Source: an uncultured delta proteobacterium
GTDB taxonomy: Bacteria; Desulfobacterota; Binatia; HRBIN30; BPIQ01
DNA length: 64,000 bases
Direction of reading: 5' to 3'
Assembly (NCBI GenBank): GCA_963761335.1
Contig: CAVXGR010000009.1
Span: forward strand, 32,001-96,000
The notes below the pieces were generated by a model, which was given only the letters and a program-made list of their open reading frames with translations, did not search any database and was not told the origin of the DNA. The position numbers and the translations under genes are program-made. Below are positions 39,491 through 48,895 of this stretch, in pieces (the stretch's first letter is position 1; each line of letters opens with the position of its first letter).

Positions 39491-40267
39491 TCAGCCGCCC
39501 ATGTCGGGCTGCTTGAACGCCGTCCAGCCGCGATCGCAGTTGAGCACCGCCCCGGTGAAGCTGCGCGACTCGTCCGAGGCGAGGAAGACCACGACCTCGG
39601 CGATCTCCTCCGGCGCCTGCAGCCCGGTGGCGTGTCCGCGGGCGAACGCCGCCTTCATGGTCTCGCTCTGCCAGATGAGGGCGTTCATCGGCGTGTCGAC
39701 GTAGCCGGGGCTGATGGCGTTGACGCGGATGTTGAGCATGCCGCAGCCGTGCGCCATCGAGCGGGTCAGCAGCGCCACCCCGCCCTTGGAGGCGGCGTAG
39801 CCGTCCAGCCCGCCGAGCGGCAGATGCGCCATGGACGACGCCGTGTTGATGATCGAGCCGCCGCCGGCCTTCGCCATCTCGGGAATGGCGTAGTGCGAGC
39901 AGTAGAAGACGCTCGAAAGGTTGGTGCGGATGACGCGATCCCACACCGCCGGATCGACGCGCGCCGTGAAGCCGTCCTCGAATGGCAGGGCGATGCCGGC
40001 GTTGTTGTAGAGAACGTGCAGCGCCCCCCAGGCCTGCACCGCCTCGCCCACCAGGCGCTCACACTGCGCCGCGTCGCTGACGTCAGCGGCGGCAAAGCGG
40101 GCTTCGCCGCCGGCGGCGCGGATCGCCTCGACGGCGGCGTTGCCGGCCTCCGCGTTCACATCCGAGACCACCACCCGCGCCCCTTCCCGCGCCAGGGCGA
40201 TGGCCCCGGCGCGCCCCAGCCCGGAGCCGCCCCCGGTGACCAGCGCCACCTTGTTCTCGAGCCGCAT
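39491..40267 (-). CDS. Short-chain dehydrogenase/reductase
   Basis: TGGGSGLG, NNAGI, NTAS, YAASK, IRVNAISPG. Confidence 0.93.
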   Translation of the reverse strand: MRLENKVALVTGGGSGLGRAGAIALAREGARVVVSDVNAEAGNAAVEAIRAAGGEARFAAADVSDAAQCERLVGEAVQAWGALHVLYNNAGIALPFEDGFTARVDPAVWDRVIRTNLSSVFYCSHYAIPEMAKAGGGSIINTASSMAHLPLGGLDGYAASKGGVALLTRSMAHGCGMLNIRVNAISPGYVDTPMNALIWQSETMKAAFARGHATGLQAPEEIAEVVVFLASDESRSFTGAVLNCDRGWTAFKQPDMGG

Positions 40268-40290
40268 GATCCCCTCCTCTTTTGCCAAGT

Positions 40291-40647
40291 GGGACAGGCT
40301 ACTTTCGCCGCCCCGATTTTAGACGAATGCCCCGAGCTCGACCGCAAAGTTGCCTGCTTCGAAAATCTGTTGGGTGTGCGCTTCGGGGGCGCGTTCCCTC
40401 TCCCGCATTACTTGGCGGGAGAGGGTCAGGGTGAGGGTGTCGATCTCTGTGAAGGCCGTGGAGATTCACGAGCTTTCAGTGAGACAGGAACCCCTCACCT
40501 TGATCCTCTCCCCGCGGAAAGATGCGGGGAGAGGAGACCCGCCCCCGCGGCGCGGAAGTATCATCGCAAGCGTCTGATCGGTGAATCAGGACGCCGTCCA
40601 TTTTCATCGTCTGTTGGTGAGCCGCAGGCTCATGACGCACTGTCCCC
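40291..40647 (+). mobile_element. Host REP hairpin interrupted by a 286-bp insert (40357-40642), copy 3, cargo type B
   Basis: GGGACAGGCTACTTT pairs with AAAGTTGCCTG|TCCC; same insert ends as copies 1 and 2 but a different interior. Confidence 0.8.
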
Positions 40648-40649
40648 TC

Positions 40650-42773
40650 CTATATCGCCGCCAGGGTGTCGGCTGCCGCCTTGAGGCCGGCGACGATGAT
40701 GGTGTCGTGCTCGCCGATGCGGTCGTCGGCGGTGGGCACCCGCAGGCGGGTGCTGCCGTTGTCCGCGGTGCGGATGAAGATGACCTGCACGCCGTAGCGG
40801 GCGCGGATGTCGAGGTCGCGCAGCGAGTGGCCGACGAAGTTGCGCGGCGACGGGATCTCCTGCACCACGTAGCCGTCGCCGATCGACACCTGGCGCACCT
40901 TGCCGAGCAGGCTGACGGTACTGGAGATGCTTCCCGCCAGGTCGCGCCGCAGCACCTCCTCGTTGCGCGCCTTGATCACCTCGTCGCGGTGCACGGTGCC
41001 GATCAGCTTCTTGGGATCGTCGGCGGCGACCACCGGGAGCTCGTCCGCCTCGCTCAGGCTGAAGAGGCGCATGACCACGTCGAGGTTGTCCTCCTCGCGC
41101 AGCAGCGGCTCGCCGCGGCGGACCAGGTCGCGGGCGATCACCAAGTGCTGCAGCGCCTCGCGCTCGAAGAGAATCTGCCGCAGCGCGGAGAGCGAGATGG
41201 CCCCTTCGAGGCGTCCGTCGCCGTCGACCACGAAGAACTCCGAGTGGCGGCTGCTCACCACCAGGCCGAGCAGGTCGAGAAAGGACGTGGAGGCGTGCAC
41301 CACCTCGGGCTCGCGGTCGACGGCGTCGCGCACGTAGAGGTGCTTGAGGACGTTCGGATCCTCCTCCTTGAAGGGGTCGATGCCGCGCAGGCGCAGCTTG
41401 AGGGTGTAGATCGAATCGGCGCGCACCAGCGTCGCCACCAGCGTGCTGATGACGCAGGCAGCCATCAGCGGCGCGATGATGCGATAGTCGCCGGTCAGCT
41501 CGAAGATCATGATGATGGCGGTGATCGGCGCGTGGGTGGCGGCGCCAACCACGGCCCCCATGGTGACCAGGGCGTAGGCGCCCGAGGTGGCGGTGAAGCT
41601 CGGAAACCAGGCGTGAATGAAGCTGCCGAGAAAGCCGCCGGTCATGGCGCCGAGAAAGAGCGACGGCGCGAACACGCCTCCGGAGCCGCCGGAGGCCAGG
41701 GTGATGGAGGTCGCCAGCATCTTGGCGATCAGCAGCACGCCGAGGAGGGCCACCGGCAGGCTGCCGGCGAGAGCGGCGTTGATCGAGTCGTAGCCAACCC
41801 CGAACACCTGCGGCAGCCAGATGCCGATCGCCCCCACCATCAGGCCGCCCACCGCGGTCTTCAGGTACTCGGGAAAGCGCACCCGCTCGAAGATCTCCTC
41901 GCAGCCGTAGAGGACGCTGATGAACGACAGCGCCACCAGCCCGGAGATGACGCCGACCAGGGCGTAGGGAACGAGCTCCAGCGGGCTCGCCAGCTCGTAG
42001 CGCGGCACGTCGAAGGCGGGGAAGTTGCCGTGGAAATGTCGCGAGATCACCGTGGCCACCACCGAGGCGATGACGATCGGGCTGAACTGCGGCACGCCGA
42101 AGTCGCCGAGCAGGATCTCGACGGCGAACAGCGCCCCGGCGATCGGCGCATTGAAGGCGGCGGCGATTCCGGCGGCGGCGCCACAGCCGACCAAGGTGCG
42201 AATCTGCCGCGTCGAGACGCGCAGCAGCTGCCCGATCGTCGATCCGAGCGCCGAGCCGATCTGCACGATCGGGCCTTCGCGGCCGACCGAGCCGCCGGAG
42301 CCGATGCTGATGGCGGAGGCGATCGCCTTCACCGCGACCACCCGCGGGCGGATGACGCCGCCGCGGAGGACGATCGACTCCATCACCTCCGGCACGCCAT
42401 GCCCCTTGGCCTCGCGGGCGACGAAGTGCACCAGGGGCCCGACGATCAGGCCGCCGACGGCCGGGGCGAGCAGGCGCCAGTACCAGGGAATCCCCTCGAT
42501 CACGGCGAGGAACGGCTTGCCGGGGCCGAAGAAGAGCTCCTGCACCAGCTCGATCAGCTCGCGCAGGCCGACCGCGCCGAAGCCACCGCCCATGCCGCAG
42601 ACGATCGCCACCGCGACCATGTAGACATGGCTGCGGCCGACGGTGCCGAGCGACGCGTCCGGAACGTGTGCCTTGATCCCCCTCCTCCTTGCAGCGGCGA
42701 ATCCTACCGCACCATCTCCCCAACACCCAACACCCAACACCTCTTCTCCTCCCCCATGGCAACAGCGGCGCAT
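40650..42773 (-). CDS. ClC chloride channel/antiporter with CBS pair and TrkA-C domain (true start probably near 42620-42680)
   Basis: GHGVPEV, GREGP, AFNAPIAG, GGVFAPSL; CBS motifs; VGHSLRDLDIRARYGVQVI. Confidence 0.9.
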   Translation of the reverse strand: MRRCCHGGGEEVLGVGCWGDGAVGFAAARRRGIKAHVPDASLGTVGRSHVYMVAVAIVCGMGGGFGAVGLRELIELVQELFFGPGKPFLAVIEGIPWYWRLLAPAVGGLIVGPLVHFVAREAKGHGVPEVMESIVLRGGVIRPRVVAVKAIASAISIGSGGSVGREGPIVQIGSALGSTIGQLLRVSTRQIRTLVGCGAAAGIAAAFNAPIAGALFAVEILLGDFGVPQFSPIVIASVVATVISRHFHGNFPAFDVPRYELASPLELVPYALVGVISGLVALSFISVLYGCEEIFERVRFPEYLKTAVGGLMVGAIGIWLPQVFGVGYDSINAALAGSLPVALLGVLLIAKMLATSITLASGGSGGVFAPSLFLGAMTGGFLGSFIHAWFPSFTATSGAYALVTMGAVVGAATHAPITAIIMIFELTGDYRIIAPLMAACVISTLVATLVRADSIYTLKLRLRGIDPFKEEDPNVLKHLYVRDAVDREPEVVHASTSFLDLLGLVVSSRHSEFFVVDGDGRLEGAISLSALRQILFEREALQHLVIARDLVRRGEPLLREEDNLDVVMRLFSLSEADELPVVAADDPKKLIGTVHRDEVIKARNEEVLRRDLAGSISSTVSLLGKVRQVSIGDGYVVQEIPSPRNFVGHSLRDLDIRARYGVQVIFIRTADNGSTRLRVPTADDRIGEHDTIIVAGLKAAADTLAAI

Positions 42774-42815
42774 TCATTTTAGTCTGTGCCGAGGCCAAAG
42801 GAGGGGAGACCCGCA

Positions 42816-44066
42816 ATGACGCAGGCAAGCGAACGCGAATTCGATCCGGGGACGCTCGACATCGCCACCCCGGAGCACTACGAGCGCAACGGCTACCCGC
42901 ATCCCGAGTGGGCATGGCTGCGGCGCCACGATCCGGTCTTCTGGTACGAGCGCGACAACGTCGACCCTTTCTGGGCGATCACCAAGCACGCCGACATCAT
43001 CGAGATCGGCAAGCAGCCGGAGATCTTCCTGAACGAGCCGCGCCTCGCCGTGTTCACCCGCGACCTGCCGCCGCCACCGGAAGGCGCGGCACGCCACCTG
43101 CTGAACATGGACCCTCCCGACCACGCTCGCTACCGGCGGGTCACCAGTAGCTGGTTCACGCCGCGCGCCATCGGCGGCATGGACGACAAGGTGCAGCGCG
43201 TCGCCCGCGAGGTGATCGACGACGCGGCGCGCACCGACTCGGGGGATTTCGTGCGCGACGTCACGGCGCGCATCACCATCGCCGTGATCGCCGAGATGCT
43301 CGGCGTGCCGCGTCCGGACTGGGAGCTGCTCTTTCGCTGGACGAACGAGATCATCGCCCCGCAGGATCCCGAGTTCCAGCACGGCTCGACGGCGGAGGAG
43401 ACGATCGAGCGCGCCCGCATCGAGCTGTTCACCTACTTCAACGACCTGTCGAACGAGCGCCGCGCCCGGCCGACCGATGACATCGTCAGCGTCGTCGCCA
43501 ACGGCAAGGTCAACGACGCGCCGCTGCCGCCGATCGAGCTGCTGTCGTACTACTTCCTGCTGGTGGTCGCCGGTAACGAGACGACGCGCAACGCCATGAC
43601 CGGGGGCATGCTCGCCTTCCTCAGCAACCCCGGCGAGTGGGAGAAGCTCCGCCGCGATGCGTCTCTGCTGGACAGCGCCGTCGAGGAGATCGTGCGCTGG
43701 ACGACGCCGGTGATCCAGTTCGGCCGCACGGCGACACAGGACTACGGGCTGCGCGGCAAGACCATCCGCAAGGGCGAGTCGGTCTGCCTCTTCTATCCCT
43801 CGGGAAACCGCGACGAGGAGGTCTTCGAGGAGCCCTTCGCCTTTCGCATCGAGCGCGAGCCCAACCGGCACATCGCCTTCGGCATGGGCGAGCACGTCTG
43901 CCTCGGCGCCCACCTCGCCCGCCTGGAGCTGCGCCACGCCTTCTCCGAGCTGCGCCAGCGGCTGGAATCGTGCGAGCTGACCGGGCCGGTGGCGCGCGTG
44001 CGCTCGAGCTTCGTCGGCGGCATCAAGCGCGCCCCGATGCGCTGGCGCATCAAGGCGGCGGCGTAG
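42816..44066 (+). CDS. Cytochrome P450 (CYP125/142-like)
   Basis: AGNETT, EEIVR (ExxR), HIAFGMGEHVCLG. Confidence 0.95.
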   Translation: MTQASEREFDPGTLDIATPEHYERNGYPHPEWAWLRRHDPVFWYERDNVDPFWAITKHADIIEIGKQPEIFLNEPRLAVFTRDLPPPPEGAARHLLNMDPPDHARYRRVTSSWFTPRAIGGMDDKVQRVAREVIDDAARTDSGDFVRDVTARITIAVIAEMLGVPRPDWELLFRWTNEIIAPQDPEFQHGSTAEETIERARIELFTYFNDLSNERRARPTDDIVSVVANGKVNDAPLPPIELLSYYFLLVVAGNETTRNAMTGGMLAFLSNPGEWEKLRRDASLLDSAVEEIVRWTTPVIQFGRTATQDYGLRGKTIRKGESVCLFYPSGNRDEEVFEEPFAFRIEREPNRHIAFGMGEHVCLGAHLARLELRHAFSELRQRLESCELTGPVARVRSSFVGGIKRAPMRWRIKAAA

Positions 44067-44084
44067 AAGCGCCTCGCTGCTTCT

Positions 44085-44242
44085 CGCCCCCGCCAGGGCC
44101 GCGCACACGGCCCCCGGGGCGACCACTGGCCGTGTGCGCCGACGAGAATCGCCCCGCCAGGGGCGCCGGCATGTAGCCCCGGGTGCCTCACCCGGGGACA
44201 ATCGGGCGACCTCTCATGGTGCGCCCCGTCAGGGGCGCGGGC
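44085..44242. repeat. REP family A copy
   Basis: GCCCCGCCAGGGGCGCCGGCATGTAGCCCCGGGTGCCTCACCCGGGG...GCCCCGTCAGGGGC. Confidence 0.78.
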
Positions 44243-44246
44243 ACGT

Positions 44247-44837
44247 CTACACGTCGCGAAAGACTTCCTCGACGGTCAGCTCCAGGGAAGGGAAGACGGC
44301 CGACGCCACGGACCCGGATTTGAGGCTGCGGCCATCGTCAAACGCGGCACCCTGCTCTTGGAAGATCGTCAGCGTGCGAGAGCGGGGATCGACCAGCCAG
44401 TACTCGCGCACGCCGTTGACGGCGTAAATTTCCTTCTTCACCGTGCGGTCGCGGCGCGCCGTCGACCGGGACGCGGTCTCGATCACGAGGTCCGGGACGA
44501 TGCGGGCAAATCTTCCGGGCTCGGGCTGCGGCTCCGCAGCGAGGCGCTCCTTGGAGATGAAGGAGACGTCGGGCTCCAGGGTATCTCCGGACGGGAGATC
44601 GTAGCCGGCGCTCGCGTCCAGCACGAGCCCCAGGCCGCGCGGCTCGACGTGGAGCATGAGCTTGTAGACCAACCAGGCGCCCAGGGCGCCGTGGCGAAAA
44701 TTCGCTGGCGGCGTCATGACGATCCTTCCGTGGATCAGCTCGTAGTGTCTGGTATCGTCCGGCCGCTCCTGCAGCCAACGGAAGAACTCCTCCTGCGTCA
44801 GGCGCTGCTCGGACCGGAAGGTGATCTCCGTCTCCAT
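44247..44837 (-). CDS. Uma2-family (PD-D/ExK-like) endonuclease
   Basis: YELIHG, EPDVSF, PDLVIETAS, KKEIYAVNGVREYWLVDP. Confidence 0.92.
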   Translation of the reverse strand: METEITFRSEQRLTQEEFFRWLQERPDDTRHYELIHGRIVMTPPANFRHGALGAWLVYKLMLHVEPRGLGLVLDASAGYDLPSGDTLEPDVSFISKERLAAEPQPEPGRFARIVPDLVIETASRSTARRDRTVKKEIYAVNGVREYWLVDPRSRTLTIFQEQGAAFDDGRSLKSGSVASAVFPSLELTVEEVFRDV

Positions 44838-44975
44838 GTCGGTCTCACGCTATCCCCCCGTCGCCGGCCTGACAATCGCTGCACGGCAGGGAGGCAGGCA
44901 ACCGCCGGGGAGCGCGGCCGGTCTTTGACCGACAGGGCGCGTAGGATACGTTGACCGTCGACTCTCGATTCCATC

Positions 44976-45395
44976 ATGGAGATTCGCCCGTTCCAGGAAC
45001 CCGACGAGGAGGCGGTGATCGCCCTCTGGGAGAGATGCGACCTGACGCGCCCGTGGAACGATCCGCGCAAGGACATCGCCCGCAAGCTGAAGGTCGACCC
45101 CGAGCTCTTCCTGGTCGGCTTTGCGGGCGACCGCATCGTCGCCGCGGCCATGGCCGGCTACGAGGGCCACCGCGGCTGGGTCAACTACCTCGCCGTCGAC
45201 CCGGCGCAGCGCCGCCGCGGCCTCGGCCGGCAGATGATGGAAGAGGTCGAGCGCCTGCTGCGCCAGCGCGGCTGCCCGAAGATCAACATCCAGATCCGCA
45301 GCGAGAACCTCGCCGCCGTCGCGTTCTACCGCAGGCTCGGCTACACCACCGACGCCTCGATCAGCATGGGCAAGCGCTTCGAACACGACGGCTGA
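44976..45395 (+). CDS. GNAT acetyltransferase (YpeA-like)
   Basis: RPWNDPRKDI, GYEGHRGWVNYLAV, RRRGLG, GCPKINIQIR. Confidence 0.92.
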   Translation: MEIRPFQEPDEEAVIALWERCDLTRPWNDPRKDIARKLKVDPELFLVGFAGDRIVAAAMAGYEGHRGWVNYLAVDPAQRRRGLGRQMMEEVERLLRQRGCPKINIQIRSENLAAVAFYRRLGYTTDASISMGKRFEHDG

Positions 45396-45570
45396 GGTCC
45401 CCCTGGGAGCGCGGCCGGCCCGGCCGCCTCTGCCAACGAAAGCAGAGGCGGCCGCTCCCAAAGACTCGATGCAGACCGTCGCCGCGCGCGGCCAGCTATA
45501 CGCCACCGCCCCTCCGGGACAACAACGTCCAAACTCCGTAGACGAAACGTCCCGCCTCGCCGGGAATCCA

Positions 45571-45673
45571 TCCGCCATAGCGGAGAATGTTGGGCCCAAT
45601 ATCCGCGTATCATGCGGAGATACTTCTTGTCCGTGCGGAGAATACAGGCCATAATGTCCGCAGGACATGCGGA
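45571..45673 (+). promoter_or_regulatory. Array of TCCGC/GCGGA operator-like palindromes upstream of fic
   Basis: TCCGC-N7-GCGGA at 45602-45618 and 45657-45673; variants at 45571-45584 and 45630-45639. Confidence 0.6.
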
Positions 45674-45678
45674 TATAA

Positions 45679-46788
45679 ATGGCGTACATCTGGGAAAACG
45701 AGCAATGGCCTGCGCTGCACTGGGACAATCACGCCCTCAGCAAGCTGCTGGCGCATGTTTCCCGCGAGCAGGGTCGTCTCCTCGGCAAAATGGAAGGGTT
45801 GGGCTTCGAGCTGCGCAGCGAGGCGCACCTTCGCACGCTGACCGAGGACGTGGTCAAGTCGAGCGAGATCGAGGGCGAGAAGCTCCCCGCCGATCAGGTC
45901 AGGTCGTCGATCGCGAGGCGGCTCGGCATGGATGTCGGCGGGCTGGTCGCGGCCGATCGCCACGTCGAGGGGGTCGTCGAGATGATGCTCGACGCCACCG
46001 CAAGCTACAGCCACCCGCTGACCGAGGAGCGGTTGTTCGGGTGGCATGCGGCGCTGTTTCCGACCGGGCGCAGCGGCATGACCGAGATCCGGGTCGGGCA
46101 GTGGCGCGATGACGCCACCGGTCCAATGCAGGTCGTCTCGGGCCCGGTGGGCCGAGAGAAGGTCCACTACCAGGCCCCGCCGGCAGGGCGCGTCCCGGCC
46201 GAGATGGCGAAATTCCTGGACTGGTTTGAGAGGCCGGGCGATTCCGATCCCCTGCTGGTCGCGGGGCTCGCGCATCTCTGGTTCGTGACCATTCACCCGT
46301 TCGACGACGGCAACGGACGGATTGCCCGCGCCGTCGCGGACATGGCGCTGGCGCGCTCGGAGAAGACCGGCCAGCGCTTCTACAGCATGTCCGGACAAAT
46401 TCGCGCCGAGCGCACTGAGTACTACAACACGCTCGAGCGCACCCAGAAAGCGGACCTCGATGTCACCCGCTGGCAGACATGGTTCCTGGAGTGTCTGCTG
46501 CGCGCCATCGAAGGCGCGCAGGGCACGCTCTCCTCTGTGCTCGTCAAAGCGCGCTTCTGGGAGCGCTTCGCAAGAGAGCCTCTGAACCAGCGCCAGATCA
46601 AGGTGCTCAACCGCCTGCTGGACGGCGTCGAAGGCAAGCTCACCTCATCGAAGTGGGCCAAGCTCGCCAAGTGCTCGCAGGACACGGCCCACCGCGACAT
46701 CATGGATCTCGTCGAACGCGGCGCCCTGCAAAAAGATCCCGGCGGCGGACGCAGCACGAGCTACTCGTTGGTGCATCACGACCGATGA
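45679..46788 (+). CDS. Fic family protein (DUF4172-type N-terminus, C-terminal wHTH)
   Basis: [37 protein letters not shown]...GGGRSTSY. Confidence 0.93.
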   Translation: MAYIWENEQWPALHWDNHALSKLLAHVSREQGRLLGKMEGLGFELRSEAHLRTLTEDVVKSSEIEGEKLPADQVRSSIARRLGMDVGGLVAADRHVEGVVEMMLDATASYSHPLTEERLFGWHAALFPTGRSGMTEIRVGQWRDDATGPMQVVSGPVGREKVHYQAPPAGRVPAEMAKFLDWFERPGDSDPLLVAGLAHLWFVTIHPFDDGNGRIARAVADMALARSEKTGQRFYSMSGQIRAERTEYYNTLERTQKADLDVTRWQTWFLECLLRAIEGAQGTLSSVLVKARFWERFAREPLNQRQIKVLNRLLDGVEGKLTSSKWAKLAKCSQDTAHRDIMDLVERGALQKDPGGGRSTSYSLVHHDR

Positions 46789-47505
46789 AGCCGAGCCTGC
46801 AACGGATCTCCCACGCAGTACGGTTCCGGGCCGCAGGCGGTGATGGCCTTGGCCGACGTGTGCCTGGAGGTTCCGCGGGGAGAATTCCTCTCGGTCATGG
46901 GACCGAGCGGTTGCGGCAAGAGCACGCTGCTCAACATCATCGCCGGGCTCGACCGGCCGAGCAGCGGGCGGGTCGAGGTCGACGGGCGGGATCTGTCGGC
47001 CCTCTCCGACGAGCAGCGCAGCGATCTCCGCCTGCAGCGCATCGGCTTCGTATTTCAGACCTTCAATCTCTTTCCGACCTTCACCGTCATCGAGAACGTC
47101 GCCTGGCCCCTGGAGTTTCTCGGATACCGCTGGAAGCAGGCGAGAGCGCGCGCCGTCGGCCTGCTCGAGCAGGTAGAGGTGGGAGCCGCCGCCCATGAAC
47201 GCCGGCCGGCGGAGCTCTCCGGCGGCGAGCAACAGCGGGTCGCCATCGCCCGCGCCCTGGTGACCGAGCCGGCCCTTCTCCTCGCCGACGAGCCCACCGG
47301 AAATCTCGACTCGCGCACCGGGCAGAGCGTGCTCGACCTGCTTCGCCGCCTGAACGGCGACCGCGAGCTGACCGTGATCCTGGTCACCCACAGCACCTTC
47401 GCCGCGACCTACGGCCATCGAACCGTCGAGCTGCGCGACGGCCGCATCATCGGCGAGAGCCGCGCCCGGACGACGCCGGCGCGGGTTCTGCCATTGCGGC
47501 AATAA
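46785..47505 (+). CDS. Orphan LolD-like ABC ATP-binding protein; 5' end frameshifted or truncated
   Basis: [35 protein letters not shown]. Confidence 0.85.
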
Positions 47506-47506
47506 G

Positions 47507-47872
47507 GGGGACAGTGCGTCATGAGCCTTGCGGCTCGCCAGTAGACGATGAAAATGGACGGCGTCCTGATTCACCGATCAGACGCTTGCGATGATACTTC
47601 CGCGCCGCGGGGGCGGGTCTCCTCTCCCCGCATCTTTCTGCGGGGAGAGGATCAAGGTGAGGGGTTCCTGTCTCACTGAAAGCTCCGTGAATCTCCACGG
47701 CCTTCACAGAGATCGGCACCCTCACCCTGACCCTCTCCCGCCAAGTAATGCGGGAGAGGGAACGCGCCCCCGAAGCGCACACCCAAGAGATTTTCGAAGC
47801 AGGCACCTTCTCGGCGGCGAAACGCCTCGATCGTTCGCCGAGGGGATCTGCGCCGAAAAGGGGCCTGTCCTC
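47507..47872 (-). mobile_element. Host REP hairpin interrupted by a 288-bp insert (47515-47802), copy 4, cargo type B
   Basis: GGGGACAG|GCACCTTCTCGGCG pairs with CGCCGAAAAGGGGCCTGTCC; CAG at both junctions; near-identical inverted copy of 40357-40642. Confidence 0.8.
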
Positions 47873-47886
47873 GGCGGCCGCCATCT

Positions 47887-47911
47887 GCGGCCGGGACGGC
47901 CGCGCTCCCAG
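47887..47911. repeat. REP family D (CTGGGAGCGCGGCCGTCCCGGCCGC); also at about 45403-45427 and 57889-57913
   Basis: Near-identical 25-bp palindromic unit at three intergenic sites. Confidence 0.75.
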
Positions 47912-47994
47912 ATGCCATTTGTGGGTTTTCGCTCTTTATTGTATTGACGGCCGGGCCTGCGGCGACCTCCTCGACGCCGCCAAGGAGAATCGCG

Positions 47995-48826
47995 ATGGCA
48001 AGAACGGCAAGACTACTTCTGATTTCGCTGCTCGCCGCCTACCTGTGGCCGGCGGCGGCGATGGCCGGCGTCTCGCCTGTCCACTACTTCTACGAGGCGC
48101 TGCTCGACACCGACAGCGACACCGGCACCGGTGGCTCGGTCACCGTCGTCCAGGGTACTGAAACGCCGCACACCATTTCCGGCATCGACTACATCGTGCG
48201 CGCCTACGTGGGAGGCGAGGTCCCTTCGACCAGCGGTCCGGTGGAGGCAGTGAGCATCGGAGAACGAGGTCGTCTCCCGCGAGGTGCTCAAATGGGACGG
48301 GACGAGCTTCGTCAGCGTCGATTTCGACGTAAACGTGTATCCGCTCGGGACCAACGGCAGCACCGCCATGGTCGAGTGGGGCGCCCCCTGGGCGGACATC
48401 GGCGCACCCACCGGAACCATCCGCGCCGTATTCCACGCCTCGCGGGCCGCTATCGGCAGCGATTACACGACGGCGTTCGACTTCTCGCTGCGCGACGCCC
48501 CGGCCGTTTCGTCGCTCGGGCTGCTGGCCCTGGCTCTGCTGCTGCTCGCCGCCGGCAGCCTCGCCCTCTCCAGAAGGCGGGGCAATGCGGCGATCCTCGC
48601 CCTCGCCGTCCTTCTGGCGACGGCGCCGATCGCCCGGGCCGTGGTGGGAATCGTCCTCGACGGCAACTTCGACGACTGGGCGGGAATCGCTCCGGCGGTG
48701 ACCGACGTTCCCGGTGATTCGTCCCTCAGCGACCCTGCCGAGGACATCCTCGCCGGCTACGTCGCCGTCCAGGGAACCGACGTCTTCTTCCGCGTCGACA
48801 TCGCCGGCCTGCCGCAGTCAATCTGA
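47995..48826 (+). CDS. Exported protein with internal IPTL-CTERM-like anchor, paralog 1; frameshift near 48260
   Basis: Signal peptide; LLDTDSDTGTGG; APAVSSLGLLALALLLLAAGSLALSRRRG; second hydrophobic segment; IVLDGNFDDWAG. Confidence 0.75.
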
Positions 48827-48895
48827 GGCAGGGCACCGCGCCCCGGGGCTCATTCGCCGGTTGACAGGCCGGCCTGATCGCGGACAAACAACGGG

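Noticed and set aside
42720..42740. CCAACAC x3 heptamer run as a functional element
   Set aside because: Only three units with no inverted partner; insufficient evidence.
47507..47802. Group II intron (insert can be read as starting GTGCG)
   Set aside because: No domain V, too short, no reverse transcriptase; copies 1 and 2 read GTGCA and GTGCC.
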